Source: a virus. Taken from it: a stretch of 24,547 nucleotides of DNA. The DNA is taken from the IMG/VR virus record IMGVR_UViG_3300029573_000021, positions 11,099 through 35,645 of that record; one strand, given 5' to 3'. How positions within the stretch are numbered: position 1 is the first letter of the stretch; each line of letters begins with the position of its first letter. The translations under genes and the position numbers were made by a program. Below are positions 1-8,698 of the stretch, in pieces. The notes below the pieces were generated by a model, which had not been told where the DNA came from, made no database searches, and saw only the letters and a program-made list of their open reading frames with translations.

Positions 1-200
1 GCCACAAGCTTGCCTCCAAGAGCTTCCATAGCTTGCGGGCAACGGCGGTAACCGTCCTGCGCCTGGCCGGAGTGTCGCCGGATTTATGCCGCTTCATCGT
101 CGGACACGATTCCGAAGAAATTGAACGGGTCTATTTCCGGCCGGATTCTGCGGACGTCCAGGCGGCCATGAGCAAGATCGCAGTCGGCGTGGCCCGTTAG
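1..200 (+). CDS. int: tyrosine recombinase / phage integrase, C-terminal fragment (5' end outside window)
   Basis: The frame starting at nt 3 reads HKLASKSFHSLRATAVTVLRLAGVSPDLCRFIVGHDSEEIERVYFRP...VAR, with a TAG stop at 198-200. It shows the HxxR box, the GH box and the catalytic Tyr context (ERVY) typical of tyrosine recombinases. Confidence 0.8.
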   Translation, partial: HKLASKSFHSLRATAVTVLRLAGVSPDLCRFIVGHDSEEIERVYFRPDSADVQAAMSKIAVGVAR

Positions 201-232
201 CCTCCTTTCCTGCCCCGATCATGTTGTTGACG

Positions 233-988
233 TCAACAAGATGATCCGTCTGCGTTTTGAGGGAAACGGCAGCGGAACAAGGCATCCATCGCGCGGGCCC
301 GCTCGGATTTCGGGATGTTCGTGGGACGCGGGTTTCCGAAGGTAACCATCCAGAATTCGGCGTATTTTTTCGGCGTTACGGCGATGCTGAACCAGTTCCA
401 TGCCGTCCACTTCCCTTCACGGTAGAAGGGCGTCCACGGCTCATCAAGTCGGATCTTCTCCTGGGGAAAGAGCCCCTGGATGGTCCGGCAGATCGTCAGG
501 TCTTCGGGAGCGAGCTCGGGGATGTCAGCCTGCATCAGTTCCTCAGCCGCCAGTCTGGCCGCCCAGCCGCTGATGGCGTAACACGGACCATAGGCGGAGC
601 GTTCAGAAGGATGGCTGGGGACCTGGTAGCCTGAGGTATGAAACACCAGCCCGGTGTATCTCATGTCGCGAACCCAGTCCCCCGACAACAGGAGCGTGTC
701 GGAGTCGATTTTGACGATGACGTCATCGTCCTCCGCTTCCCTGGCCAGCGTGGAAATGACGCCCCGGACGCATTCCGGTCCGCGCAGGTTGCCGTTCCTT
801 GGCCAGCTGGTTTGACAATACCGCGCCCCGGCTTCAACAAGGGCGGTTCTGGCGCGTTCGGCAATGGGGTCGGCTTCATCGTCCACCACCGTGATGACGG
901 CTTCCGGGAGGGCCGCCGCAGCGCACCGGACGCATACGAGAGCTTCATCGGCGTCGCCGGCATAGGTGAATAGGTAAATTCTGATCAT
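233..988 (-). CDS. GT-A fold glycosyltransferase-like protein (251 aa)
   Basis: ATG start. The N-terminal beta-strand plus acidic motif (IYLFTYAGD...VVDDE) and a DxD-like KIDSDT suggest a nucleotide-sugar transferase fold. It is the last gene of the late operon and converges on the integrase. Confidence 0.5.
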   Translation of the reverse strand: MIRIYLFTYAGDADEALVCVRCAAAALPEAVITVVDDEADPIAERARTALVEAGARYCQTSWPRNGNLRGPECVRGVISTLAREAEDDDVIVKIDSDTLLLSGDWVRDMRYTGLVFHTSGYQVPSHPSERSAYGPCYAISGWAARLAAEELMQADIPELAPEDLTICRTIQGLFPQEKIRLDEPWTPFYREGKWTAWNWFSIAVTPKKYAEFWMVTFGNPRPTNIPKSERARAMDALFRCRFPQNADGSSC

Positions 989-1000
989 GATGTTGTCTTG

Positions 1001-3172
1001 TTATGCTGGTCCGTAGGGGTAGAAGGTTCCTCCGAAGACCGGGATCTGTATCATGCCCAGGGCGTATTGCGTCACCTGGTCATCTTCGATGTCGGCAATC
1101 AGGAAGGAATAGTCGAAGTTGACGCCCGGTTTTTCTTCGGCAAGCATGATTGGGTACACCGTCCCCGGAATGCCGGAGACGTCAACGCCCGTCAATTTGG
1201 CGTCCTGGCCGAATTGGACGTTGAGCCATACTTCCCCGCTGGTCATCGGGAGTTTCACCCAGGAGGAGCCGGAACTGCCCCCCTGCGGGTATTTGCCGAG
1301 CAGATTTCCGTTCAGGTAGAGCGCGCCGGGCTTGATTTGCGCCCCGGTGATGGCTCCCTCCGTATCTTTCTGTACCCGCACCTGGAAGCCGTATTCCGGC
1401 GCGGGCGTGGCTTCCCCCGTCGCCGTCGTGATGTGCTGGCTGATAGTGGGAGATTCCGGCTTGGGGTCGTAGGTCAGGACAATTGTTTTCGGCGCGCCCT
1501 GCATGTTTTCCAGCGTGGAAGACTCGTGAGATTTGGCGTTGATGCTCCTCAATCTTATCCAGTCTTCTATGCTTAAATAGTTCAAAGCTCCATAGGACAA
1601 CGTAATGACGTTGGTCTGCAGGTCGCGGTTCACCGTCTGAATCATGGTGTTGATGTTCTGCCACTCTGGGTTTCCTCCCAGCAGCGAGACGCGGCGGCCC
1701 ATGTATTGGCGCGTCTGCGCTTCTCCCAGCGCGACAAAGGAAATCGTGCCGTCGTAAGGAAGTTCCTGCATGGATTCCCACACCGTTTTTGCAATGTCCC
1801 CATAGGGCACACCTTCCGACGGTTCCGACGATTCCTCTTCTTCCGGCCCGTTGGAGGGCTGCTCCCCGTTGTAGATGCCGTCGATGGGGTAGCTCGCAAA
1901 GGGGCGGTCCATGGTGACCAGATCCACCGAGAATTCTTCCCAAAAGCAGGGCACACCCTGCAAGGTCCCCACATTCTTGAATTTCTCCCGCCACTTGGCA
2001 GAGGCTCTTTCCGGGATGGCGAGACGCTGCTTGATGGTGGCATTGCACCACTTCGGCCTGATGGATTTGGTATGAATTTGGCCGTCCGTCAGTTCATAGC
2101 CCGTGGCCGTGATATTATAGCCTTTCGGCTTGTCTTCCTCCGTTTTGTTCCAGGGCTTCCCGGTGATGACTGGCTTCTTATCATAGGCCTCGAGGGCGTC
2201 CACGTCTTTCATCCATGGGAAATGATTTTTCCAGAAACTGTTGATCATGTCGTTCTGGTCAATCCGGGTCCCCGTCACTTTCATGCGCTGGTAGGACAGG
2301 CTGCCGGCCCTGGTTCCCTGTACCGGTTGAGGATCTTCTACCGGTTCTCCTGTAGAATTATACTTAGAATAATAGAAGTCTACGGACGTTCGGTAAACGA
2401 TGGAATGCGGTAAGGTCGGGTCTCCGTCTTCCGGGTATTTGGACAGGTAAGAGACGCGATAGCCGTTGCTTCCGGTGGTTTCGGCGACAATCGCCACGCA
2501 GGGAGGCACGAGGTCGGCGCGTGGGACAAGGGAAACGTCCATGGCTTTAACATCGTTGGAGGGCTGCAATGGCAGGGAGATAGGCGTCAGGACGTCATAG
2601 TCCGTGATGATCATCTTGGGCCGCGCGCCACTGTAGTCGTAGTACGTGACCATGCGGGGCGACCAGTGGCGGATGGATTGGAGCAGACTTCCAAGGGTGT
2701 CGCATGAGGCGTTCCATGGGATCAGCATTTTGTCGTCGCTGATCCGCAGTTCGTAGTCCGCGGGGTGGTGTTTGGCCAGATTCAGCACCCGGGAAAGGGC
2801 GGAGGAAATGCTTATTTTAGGAATGATTTCATTCCCGCCGCCGGTACTTTGCCACATCGAAAAGACCGGTTTCCATTCGGAATCAAGGGCAAAGCAGTTG
2901 TCCAGGTAATACCAGGGATCGGAAAAGACGATTTTCCAGGCACGGGATGAACCGCTGTAGGTCTTTTCGATGCTGGAAACGAGGCCGGCAAGAATGGTGT
3001 TCCCGTTTTGGGAGATGGTGACGGTGTCGAATTGCCGGAAGGGCAAGACCTCGTCCAGGGCGCGGACGGGATAAACCGCGGTAATGGTGGAGGTGGAAAA
3101 GCTTCTTTGCTCGTGATTGAGGCTCGACGGTTTGAGAGCCAGCAAATCATTGATGGTGATGTCGTGGTTCCT
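1001..3172 (-). CDS. large tail-tip / host-specificity protein (723 aa if AGG start at 3172; 714 aa if TTG at 3145)
   Basis: This is the only long ORF downstream of the tape measure gene. The reading frame is open back to the TAG of the upstream gene (3199-3197). There is no ATG or GTG in that stretch, but AGG is the 9th codon after that stop. The TTG at 3145 is the conservative alternative. Confidence 0.6.
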   Translation of the reverse strand, partial: RNHDITINDLLALKPSSLNHEQRSFSTSTITAVYPVRALDEVLPFRQFDTVTISQNGNTILAGLVSSIEKTYSGSSRAWKIVFSDPWYYLDNCFALDSEWKPVFSMWQSTGGGNEIIPKISISSALSRVLNLAKHHPADYELRISDDKMLIPWNASCDTLGSLLQSIRHWSPRMVTYYDYSGARPKMIITDYDVLTPISLPLQPSNDVKAMDVSLVPRADLVPPCVAIVAETTGSNGYRVSYLSKYPEDGDPTLPHSIVYRTSVDFYYSKYNSTGEPVEDPQPVQGTRAGSLSYQRMKVTGTRIDQNDMINSFWKNHFPWMKDVDALEAYDKKPVITGKPWNKTEEDKPKGYNITATGYELTDGQIHTKSIRPKWCNATIKQRLAIPERASAKWREKFKNVGTLQGVPCFWEEFSVDLVTMDRPFASYPIDGIYNGEQPSNGPEEEESSEPSEGVPYGDIAKTVWESMQELPYDGTISFVALGEAQTRQYMGRRVSLLGGNPEWQNINTMIQTVNRDLQTNVITLSYGALNYLSIEDWIRLRSINAKSHESSTLENMQGAPKTIVLTYDPKPESPTISQHITTATGEATPAPEYGFQVRVQKDTEGAITGAQIKPGALYLNGNLLGKYPQGGSSGSSWVKLPMTSGEVWLNVQFGQDAKLTGVDVSGIPGTVYPIMLAEEKPGVNFDYSFLIADIEDDQVTQYALGMIQIPVFGGTFYPYGPA

Positions 3173-3196
3173 GCTGCTTGTAAAAAGGTTAAGGTT

Positions 3197-3646
3197 CTAT
3201 TTATTCCTGTCCTGCATGTTTTTCAAGATATGGACGCATTCCGCAATCCGGTCGTAAATTTGCCCCATCCACAGGAAAAACATTAACGAAAAGAATCCAG
3301 ATAAAAGACAGGCAATGGACAAACCGACCAATTCATTTGTTATACAAACAAAAAATCCGATGATTCCAGCAACAGCTACAAATCCCCCTATCATAGGGAA
3401 ATAATAACCTATAAGGGTTGTAAAGGAAGGCGTTTGACTACTTGATGCCTTTGTCTTCGGTACTATTTTTTTATGATATTTCGCCAATACCTTCTCAAAC
3501 TCTTCCCATTCTTGCCCCCCCTCTTGAAAAATCATGGTTTTCGCGTTGATCTTTTTCTGGTTAAAATAATCTTCCAGAACCTCAAGCGAAACGGGACCTT
3601 CCGTTTTCCCATCAGCGATCGCAATGTAGTACATGTCCTGATTCAT
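3197..3646 (-). CDS. GYF_2-like domain membrane protein (149 aa), moron between tape measure and tail tip
   Basis: ATG start. The N-terminus YYIAIADGKTEGPVSLEVLEDYF...IFQEGGQEWEEFEKV resembles the GYF_2/DUF4339 fold. The C-terminal half has two hydrophobic helices (YFPMIGGFVAVAGIIGFFVCI and LSIACLLSGFFSLMFFLWM). GC content is markedly lower than in the flanking genes. Confidence 0.65.
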   Translation of the reverse strand: MNQDMYYIAIADGKTEGPVSLEVLEDYFNQKKINAKTMIFQEGGQEWEEFEKVLAKYHKKIVPKTKASSSQTPSFTTLIGYYFPMIGGFVAVAGIIGFFVCITNELVGLSIACLLSGFFSLMFFLWMGQIYDRIAECVHILKNMQDRNK

Positions 3647-3680
3647 GCTCTTGTTCTGATACGTTGATTATCCAAAAATG

Positions 3681-5681
3681 TCAAGATACGAGCCAGCCTG
3701 CCACCATATTGAGACCGTTTTTCTGTGCCTGGGACTCTTTTTCGAGCCGTTGAACTCGTGCCTCCATGGATTTGATCGCGGCACGATATTGATTTCCGTC
3801 GGAAGATTCCTTTTCTACCAGGGCAATGATGCGTTTCACTAAATCAAGCGTTTGTGCATAGGTGATTTTATTCTCGCCTCTTGAGGACAGTTCCTGCATT
3901 AATTTTTTCGAGAGAACCTCCATTTCGTTCTCGGTGACCCTGTTATCCTTGAAAGCGTCTTTGATGTACCTGATGATGGCTCTATAGGCTTCATTAATAT
4001 TGGATTTTCGTTCCCGCGCTCTTCCGCTGACATCTCTATCGGGTCTTGACAAGGCGTCGGTCAACGATTTGCTGAATCCGGCCAGGTTAACGTTCTCGAT
4101 GATATTGTCACGTTTGTCCCTCTGGTTCTTGGTTCGCTCTTTAAGCCTGGAGATTTCCTTTTTCAGTTCACGGACTTCGTTTTCCCTTTCCCGTATCTGA
4201 TCTTTGATAGCGTTTTCATTCTCCTTCTGTGCCTGGACAATCCTTTTTTGCTGTTCCACAGCCTCGTTCCTCTCCCGCTGCGCTTCATCAATTTTTTCTT
4301 CGGAAGCATTTATTTTTCGGACTTCTTCAAGCTGTTGCGTGCTTGTAGTTAAAGATTTCTCCGCTTCCGTTTGATCTTCTATCGCCTTTTTAAGCGATTC
4401 CTGCGCCTGTTCTACCGCTTTGTCTCTGTTCTTATATGCTTCACGCAACGCATCATCCGTGCTGACGTCATATCCTGCATCGACAAGCGCGTTATCAGAA
4501 GCCGTCCTTTGTTTTCTTAAAGCGTTCAGGCGATCTAACTGCACCCTTCCATTTCCTGCGGCTAATACATCTTCCATGAATTTCGAGGCTGTTCTAATTT
4601 CTGGGAAGAATGAATTGAACTTGGAATCAAATATTCCCACTTTCTGTAGAAATGTATTGTTTAAAGCAGAAGTATCGCCTCCATTTTCTATTAATTGCTT
4701 AATCCACTCTCTCATATCATTAGATGAGATTCTTCCAAGTGTCGTCCATCCTCCTGCTTGTTCTGCCCCATTTCGGCTTACTTTAGCTATAGAAAGCAAG
4801 TTATCAAATATTTGTTTTTCCGCATTAAGGATTTCTCCATTGAGCTTTTCCCGTTCCTGGTAGGATAAAATATTCTGGTCCTGCAATCCTCCCAAACGTT
4901 CGCTGTTTCTGTTGGTGGCTTCGGTTTTTGACGCTAAATCCCTTTCCGCGTTAGATACATTGATTCTGGCGGATTCTTCCTGTTCTTGTCGATGCCGGGC
5001 ACGGGCTCGAAGTCTAATGTCTTCCTGTTTGCCTTCAAAGAACAAACGCGCGGAAAAACTTTCAGGATCGCCGAACGCTCCGCTATAGTAATCAGTTTCC
5101 AGTTTCAACAAATCCGCCTGATCCTGATTGTCCAGAATCTTTGATTGCAGGTCCAGCAAACGCTGCTGCTCCCGTACAGATTCTTTTAATGCCTGGGCTT
5201 CTTCTTTTCGGTTTCCTGCTATTTTTGCCGTCAAATCATTGGACGTCTTTAAAGCCGCCTCATTATTGAAGGACGCGACGATTTCCTGGGATTCCTTAAT
5301 GGCTTCTTTTTGTTGTTCAAGGGCCTTAGCGAGTTCTTTGGATTTTGCTTCCGTGTTTCCCATCCACTCGTAAAGCTTCGCGCCGGCTAAGACGGCAAGG
5401 GAGACAGCCCCGGCGAGCCCTGCCCCCCCTCCGAAGCCCATCACAAGCCCTGGAATATTATTCATGATACCCCTGATGCCGTATTGCAAGTCGTCAAAAA
5501 AGTAGGCAGCCTGCAAGGCTCCCTGCCCCATATTCTTCACGCTCCGGGTTGCCTGCTGGCTGTCTTTATCCAGCTGCTCCGTAGACTTGTTCAGGGAGTC
5601 AATCTTCTGCTTTGCTTCTTCTACGCCTTTTCCGTCCAGCGTGGACTTGAGCTTGATTTCGATTTCTTTCTTGGTAGCCAT
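3681..5681 (-). CDS. tail tape measure protein (666 aa)
   Basis: The protein is long and rich in K/E/Q coiled coil. It has a Gly-rich hydrophobic segment (PGLVMGFGGGAGLAGAVSLAVLAGA). It sits after a small chaperone-like ORF and before the tail-tip gene. Confidence 0.8.
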   Translation of the reverse strand: MATKKEIEIKLKSTLDGKGVEEAKQKIDSLNKSTEQLDKDSQQATRSVKNMGQGALQAAYFFDDLQYGIRGIMNNIPGLVMGFGGGAGLAGAVSLAVLAGAKLYEWMGNTEAKSKELAKALEQQKEAIKESQEIVASFNNEAALKTSNDLTAKIAGNRKEEAQALKESVREQQRLLDLQSKILDNQDQADLLKLETDYYSGAFGDPESFSARLFFEGKQEDIRLRARARHRQEQEESARINVSNAERDLASKTEATNRNSERLGGLQDQNILSYQEREKLNGEILNAEKQIFDNLLSIAKVSRNGAEQAGGWTTLGRISSNDMREWIKQLIENGGDTSALNNTFLQKVGIFDSKFNSFFPEIRTASKFMEDVLAAGNGRVQLDRLNALRKQRTASDNALVDAGYDVSTDDALREAYKNRDKAVEQAQESLKKAIEDQTEAEKSLTTSTQQLEEVRKINASEEKIDEAQRERNEAVEQQKRIVQAQKENENAIKDQIRERENEVRELKKEISRLKERTKNQRDKRDNIIENVNLAGFSKSLTDALSRPDRDVSGRARERKSNINEAYRAIIRYIKDAFKDNRVTENEMEVLSKKLMQELSSRGENKITYAQTLDLVKRIIALVEKESSDGNQYRAAIKSMEARVQRLEKESQAQKNGLNMVAGWLVS

Positions 5682-5699
5682 GGTGGAATTGATAAGGGG

Positions 5700-5981
5700 T
5701 TATCGTTGAGTGTTGACTTCTTCGATGGCGAAAGCAGGAAGTTTCCCGTCCGCGAGGCTGGCGCGGGCGTCGTCCACGCGTTTCTGCAGGAATTCCAGCA
5801 TCATCATATCGCGGATGATGACGCCGAAGGCATGGGAGGGATTGACGCCGGCAGATTCCGCAGCCTCAAAGACGCCTTCGCGCATCTCCTGCGCTGCCTG
5901 TTTCAGATGCGGGTTCTTGTTGCATTCTTCGGCGAATTCGACGAAAAGCCGTTCTATTCCGTGTTCTTGTTGTTCGTTCAT
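5700..5981 (-). CDS. small acidic protein, possible tail assembly chaperone (93 aa)
   Basis: ATG start. It lies immediately upstream of the tape measure gene, with an 18-nt gap. The call rests on position only, and I could not find a slippery heptamer for a G/GT-type frameshift. Confidence 0.4.
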   Translation of the reverse strand: MNEQQEHGIERLFVEFAEECNKNPHLKQAAQEMREGVFEAAESAGVNPSHAFGVIIRDMMMLEFLQKRVDDARASLADGKLPAFAIEEVNTQR

Positions 5982-6001
5982 GAATAATGGTTGATATGTT
6001 G

Positions 6002-7516
6002 TTAAGAAGGGCGAGCAATGGAAGTATAGCGGATGACGAGGGATAAGCTGAACGTGCGTCCGGGGGCGGTAGCGGAGGCCGGATAAGCATCATTGCCAAG
6101 GCCGTCAAATGACTGAGGGTTGTTCAGCATGGCGTTCTTCTCATAAATGCCGTTCTGATTTTCCACGACCAGCTGCCAGTCCGAACGAATTTCCACGCCT
6201 GGAAAAAACGTCCATTTCATATTTCCGCCCTCTCCGGTGGAAACAGCCTCGTTGCTGGTCGCCAGAAGAGAAGCCGTTCCATTTTCCACCCGGTAAAGCG
6301 ACAACGTGCCTGAATTGGAGCTCGTAGGATTCGTCGTCACGATTTCCTGCAGCGTGATTCCCTTTCCTTCCGGGTTGCCTTCCGGGAAATCGGGATAAAC
6401 GTCCGAGGGGATGAACCGCCACGAACTGTATCCCATCGGGACATCCGTATACTCTCCCTGGGGAGGTGGGAGCGTATAATTGCGCGTGACCAGTCCCGCG
6501 CGCAGCACCCTAAGGTACGCTTTTTCCCCGGAGTCCTGTTGTTTCGCGGTGATTCTTACTGTTCCCGCCACTCCTTCGTTGGCGGAGACTGCGACCTTGA
6601 ATGATCCGTTGTTGCCGTTGACCACATCGGAGATGACGACAGAGGAACTTGGTGATCTGGCCGTCCAGTCAACGCTGACCTCTCCCGGACTGTAAAAAGA
6701 AGACACATTCACAGAATAATCGCCTCCCGTAAAGGGAACCTGCAATTCGGTTGGAGAAAGGCCAAAGGAGAAAGTAGGAAGCGGCTGACGAAATTCAACC
6801 TCAACAGCCTGCCCGGTTCCGTCCTGAATGACCTGGAGCGACATGGTCCTGTCCTCGTCTCCTTCGTTGGCGGAGACTGCGACCTTGAATGATCCGTTGT
6901 TCCCGTTGACGACATCGGAGACGGTCAACCCTTCCGAGACGTCGGCTATTTGCCACCCCTGCCCGACCGGACCCGGGGTAAACGAAGATTCCACGTTCAC
7001 GGTATATTCACCACCCTGGACGGGCACGTCAAAAGAAGCGGGCGCCACGGAAAAAACCCAGTTGGAATTGTCGGGAACCCGGTCCGTGAGCGTCATGTTG
7101 ATGGATACCAGCAGACACAGATAGCCGTCCTCGGGAGACGGAGGCGGGACGAAGTTTTCGGTTTCAAACTGGTAGCCGGTGATGACGGCGGCAAACCGCC
7201 ATTGCGGCTGTTCGGCGAACTGCAGGTAGAGATAGCCGTTCTGGTTGCTGGCCAGCCACAGCGCCAGATTCTCCTGATAGGTGGCCATATCCTGATAATC
7301 GACGAACCAGCGATAAAACGCGACGGTGCGCTGCTCCACGGCGCTCCCAAGCCCCTGCGCGAACGCCCTGGGACCGTCTACCAGCGACGTTTCAAATGCT
7401 TCCATGGAACCGCCGAAACGGGGCGGCTCCGGCGTATCGTCCCAGAGGTTGAGAAGCTGAATCTGGTTGCCGGCGGCGGAAACGTAGCGGGCGGCGAAGG
7501 GGGCCTGGTAGGTCAT
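6002..7516 (-). CDS. tail protein with two tandem BACON/Ig-like domains and a C-terminal beta-rich domain (504 aa); possible major tail protein with display domains
   Basis: ATG start. Two roughly 96-aa repeats each contain SDVVNGNNGSFKVAVSANEG. The pattern (G..Y.V.V.S.......W......S...VS.......G.F.V.V.AN.G..R) resembles BACON or Ig-like carbohydrate-binding modules. It sits upstream of the chaperone and tape measure genes. Confidence 0.6.
   Translation of the reverse strand: MTYQAPFAARYVSAAGNQIQLLNLWDDTPEPPRFGGSMEAFETSLVDGPRAFAQGLGSAVEQRTVAFYRWFVDYQDMATYQENLALWLASNQNGYLYLQFAEQPQWRFAAVITGYQFETENFVPPPSPEDGYLCLLVSINMTLTDRVPDNSNWVFSVAPASFDVPVQGGEYTVNVESSFTPGPVGQGWQIADVSEGLTVSDVVNGNNGSFKVAVSANEGDEDRTMSLQVIQDGTGQAVEVEFRQPLPTFSFGLSPTELQVPFTGGDYSVNVSSFYSPGEVSVDWTARSPSSSVVISDVVNGNNGSFKVAVSANEGVAGTVRITAKQQDSGEKAYLRVLRAGLVTRNYTLPPPQGEYTDVPMGYSSWRFIPSDVYPDFPEGNPEGKGITLQEIVTTNPTSSNSGTLSLYRVENGTASLLATSNEAVSTGEGGNMKWTFFPGVEIRSDWQLVVENQNGIYEKNAMLNNPQSFDGLGNDAYPASATAPGRTFSLSLVIRYTSIARPS
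6571..6923. repeat. intragenic direct repeat: copy A 6571-6635, copy B 6859-6923 (period 288 nt)
   Basis: The two copies are 62/65 identical, including a perfect 43-nt run (ctccttcgttggcggagactgcgaccttgaatgatccgttgtt). The rest of the two encoded domains has diverged strongly. Confidence 0.9.
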
Positions 7517-7522
7517 GGGCGG

Positions 7523-8053
7523 TTACTGGTTGAGGTAGTCCTTCATCCCTTCGGCAATCGCTTCGGCAATGCGTCCGGGATGGTCCTTCATCAGGGCGGC
7601 GTTTTCAGGATTGGTGATAAACCCGCATTCGCACAGCACCCACGGGCAGCGGGTCCTTTTCAGGACGGCAAGGCCCGGGCGCGACTGCACGGTATTGGCC
7701 CGGCCGGGAAGCAGGCGGGAAAGAGGTTCCGCGATGCACATGGCCAGCCTGCTGCCCTTAACGCTCCCGGGATAGAAGCACACATGGGCGCCGTGAGCTT
7801 GCACATTATCCGATGAGTCACAATGCAGGGAAATCCCGAAGTCGTAGCCGCCTTCGTTGGCGGCCTTGATGGTGGCGTTCAGGTCGTCCGTGTTGCTCTG
7901 GGCCGGAAAGTCAATCACGTCCACCTTGGCGCCCAGCTGCCGCAGCATGGGGGCGAGGCATTCGGCGATCGTCACGGCGACGGCGTGTTCTTCAAGCCCG
8001 TTCCCGCGGGATCCGGTGTTGTTGGCATGGCCAATATCAATGGCTATTTTCAT
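7523..8053 (-). CDS. N-acetylmuramoyl-L-alanine amidase (endolysin, Amidase_3-like, 176 aa)
   Basis: The sequence MKIAIDIGHANNTG...EEH...LHCDSS...AHGAHVCFYPGS...PWVLCECGFITN matches the zinc-amidase (CwlC/AmiC-type) signature residues. Confidence 0.85.
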   Translation of the reverse strand: MKIAIDIGHANNTGSRGNGLEEHAVAVTIAECLAPMLRQLGAKVDVIDFPAQSNTDDLNATIKAANEGGYDFGISLHCDSSDNVQAHGAHVCFYPGSVKGSRLAMCIAEPLSRLLPGRANTVQSRPGLAVLKRTRCPWVLCECGFITNPENAALMKDHPGRIAEAIAEGMKDYLNQ

Positions 8054-8118
8054 GAGTATTCTCTTTTAATGGTTGGTTGTTAATATGATTGAACTTGTAA
8101 GAAAAACTTTACTGTTGC

Positions 8119-8370
8119 CTATTTTTCCAACTTCCGTTCGATATTCTCAATTCTGACGGCAAGAAGTTGGATTGCCTTGGCCGTCTCGACCTGGGCCTGT
8201 GTCTGCATGGTCATCAGGTCACACAGCCGGTCATTATGGCGTCCCATGACATCCCCGATGTACCAGCAGGAAGCGCCGCAAATGACCAGCGACAGCATGA
8301 CGCAGGCAAACACGGGTGACGCCTTGGCAAAATCCATGAAACGCGCCGGTACTTCGGAGAGTTTGCACAT
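8119..8370 (-). CDS. single-pass membrane protein with C-terminal coiled coil (83 aa); holin or i-spanin-like lysis accessory
   Basis: ATG start 5 nt after the upstream stop. It has a transmembrane helix (SPVFACVMLSLVICGASCWYI) followed by an amphipathic helix. It lies directly upstream of the endolysin. Confidence 0.5.
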   Translation of the reverse strand: MCKLSEVPARFMDFAKASPVFACVMLSLVICGASCWYIGDVMGRHNDRLCDLMTMQTQAQVETAKAIQLLAVRIENIERKLEK

Positions 8371-8374
8371 GGTG

Positions 8375-8698
8375 TTACTTCTTGGAGGGAATTACCTGCA
8401 CAACGGGCGGAACGTCCGTTTCGGGTTGCGCCTGTGAATAGGAGATATGGCCCGGTTCCAGCACCAGGCAGGAGCCGTCCTTGCATACGACCGTCTTGTC
8501 CGGCGTTACATCCACGGAATGACCGCAGCCACCCAGCAAAGCGGAAGCCGCATAGGCCGCCCCTGCCAGGACTACCCACAAAAGGCGTTCCCACCACTTC
8601 AGGCCGGTTTTAGTTTTACTCTTTTCGTAGGCATCTTTCATGCCCTGCTTCCCCGCCTCAAGGGCGGCCTGCTTTTGCTCGTCACTTAACTTACTCAT
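8375..8698 (-). CDS. membrane or lipoprotein-like lysis accessory protein (107 aa)
   Basis: I chose the internal ATG at 8698, which overlaps the upstream stop (ATGAGTAA), over the longer ORF-track start at 8815. The protein has a charged N-terminus, then the hydrophobic LLWVVLAGAAYAASALLGGC with a lipobox-like LGGC. Confidence 0.5.
   Translation of the reverse strand: MSKLSDEQKQAALEAGKQGMKDAYEKSKTKTGLKWWERLLWVVLAGAAYAASALLGGCGHSVDVTPDKTVVCKDGSCLVLEPGHISYSQAQPETDVPPVVQVIPSKK

Noticed and set aside
5700-5981. A G/GT-type programmed frameshift of the chaperone-like gene upstream of the tape measure gene.
   Set aside because: I found no slippery sequence and no suitably overlapping second ORF. 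The gene ends 18 nt before the tape measure ATG.
6571-6923. The intragenic repeat pair as a diversity-generating retroelement TR/VR pair.
   Set aside because: The three mismatches (G/C, C/G, T/C) are not adenine-specific. Both copies are in-frame parts of the same gene. No reverse transcriptase or Avd-like gene is present in the window.
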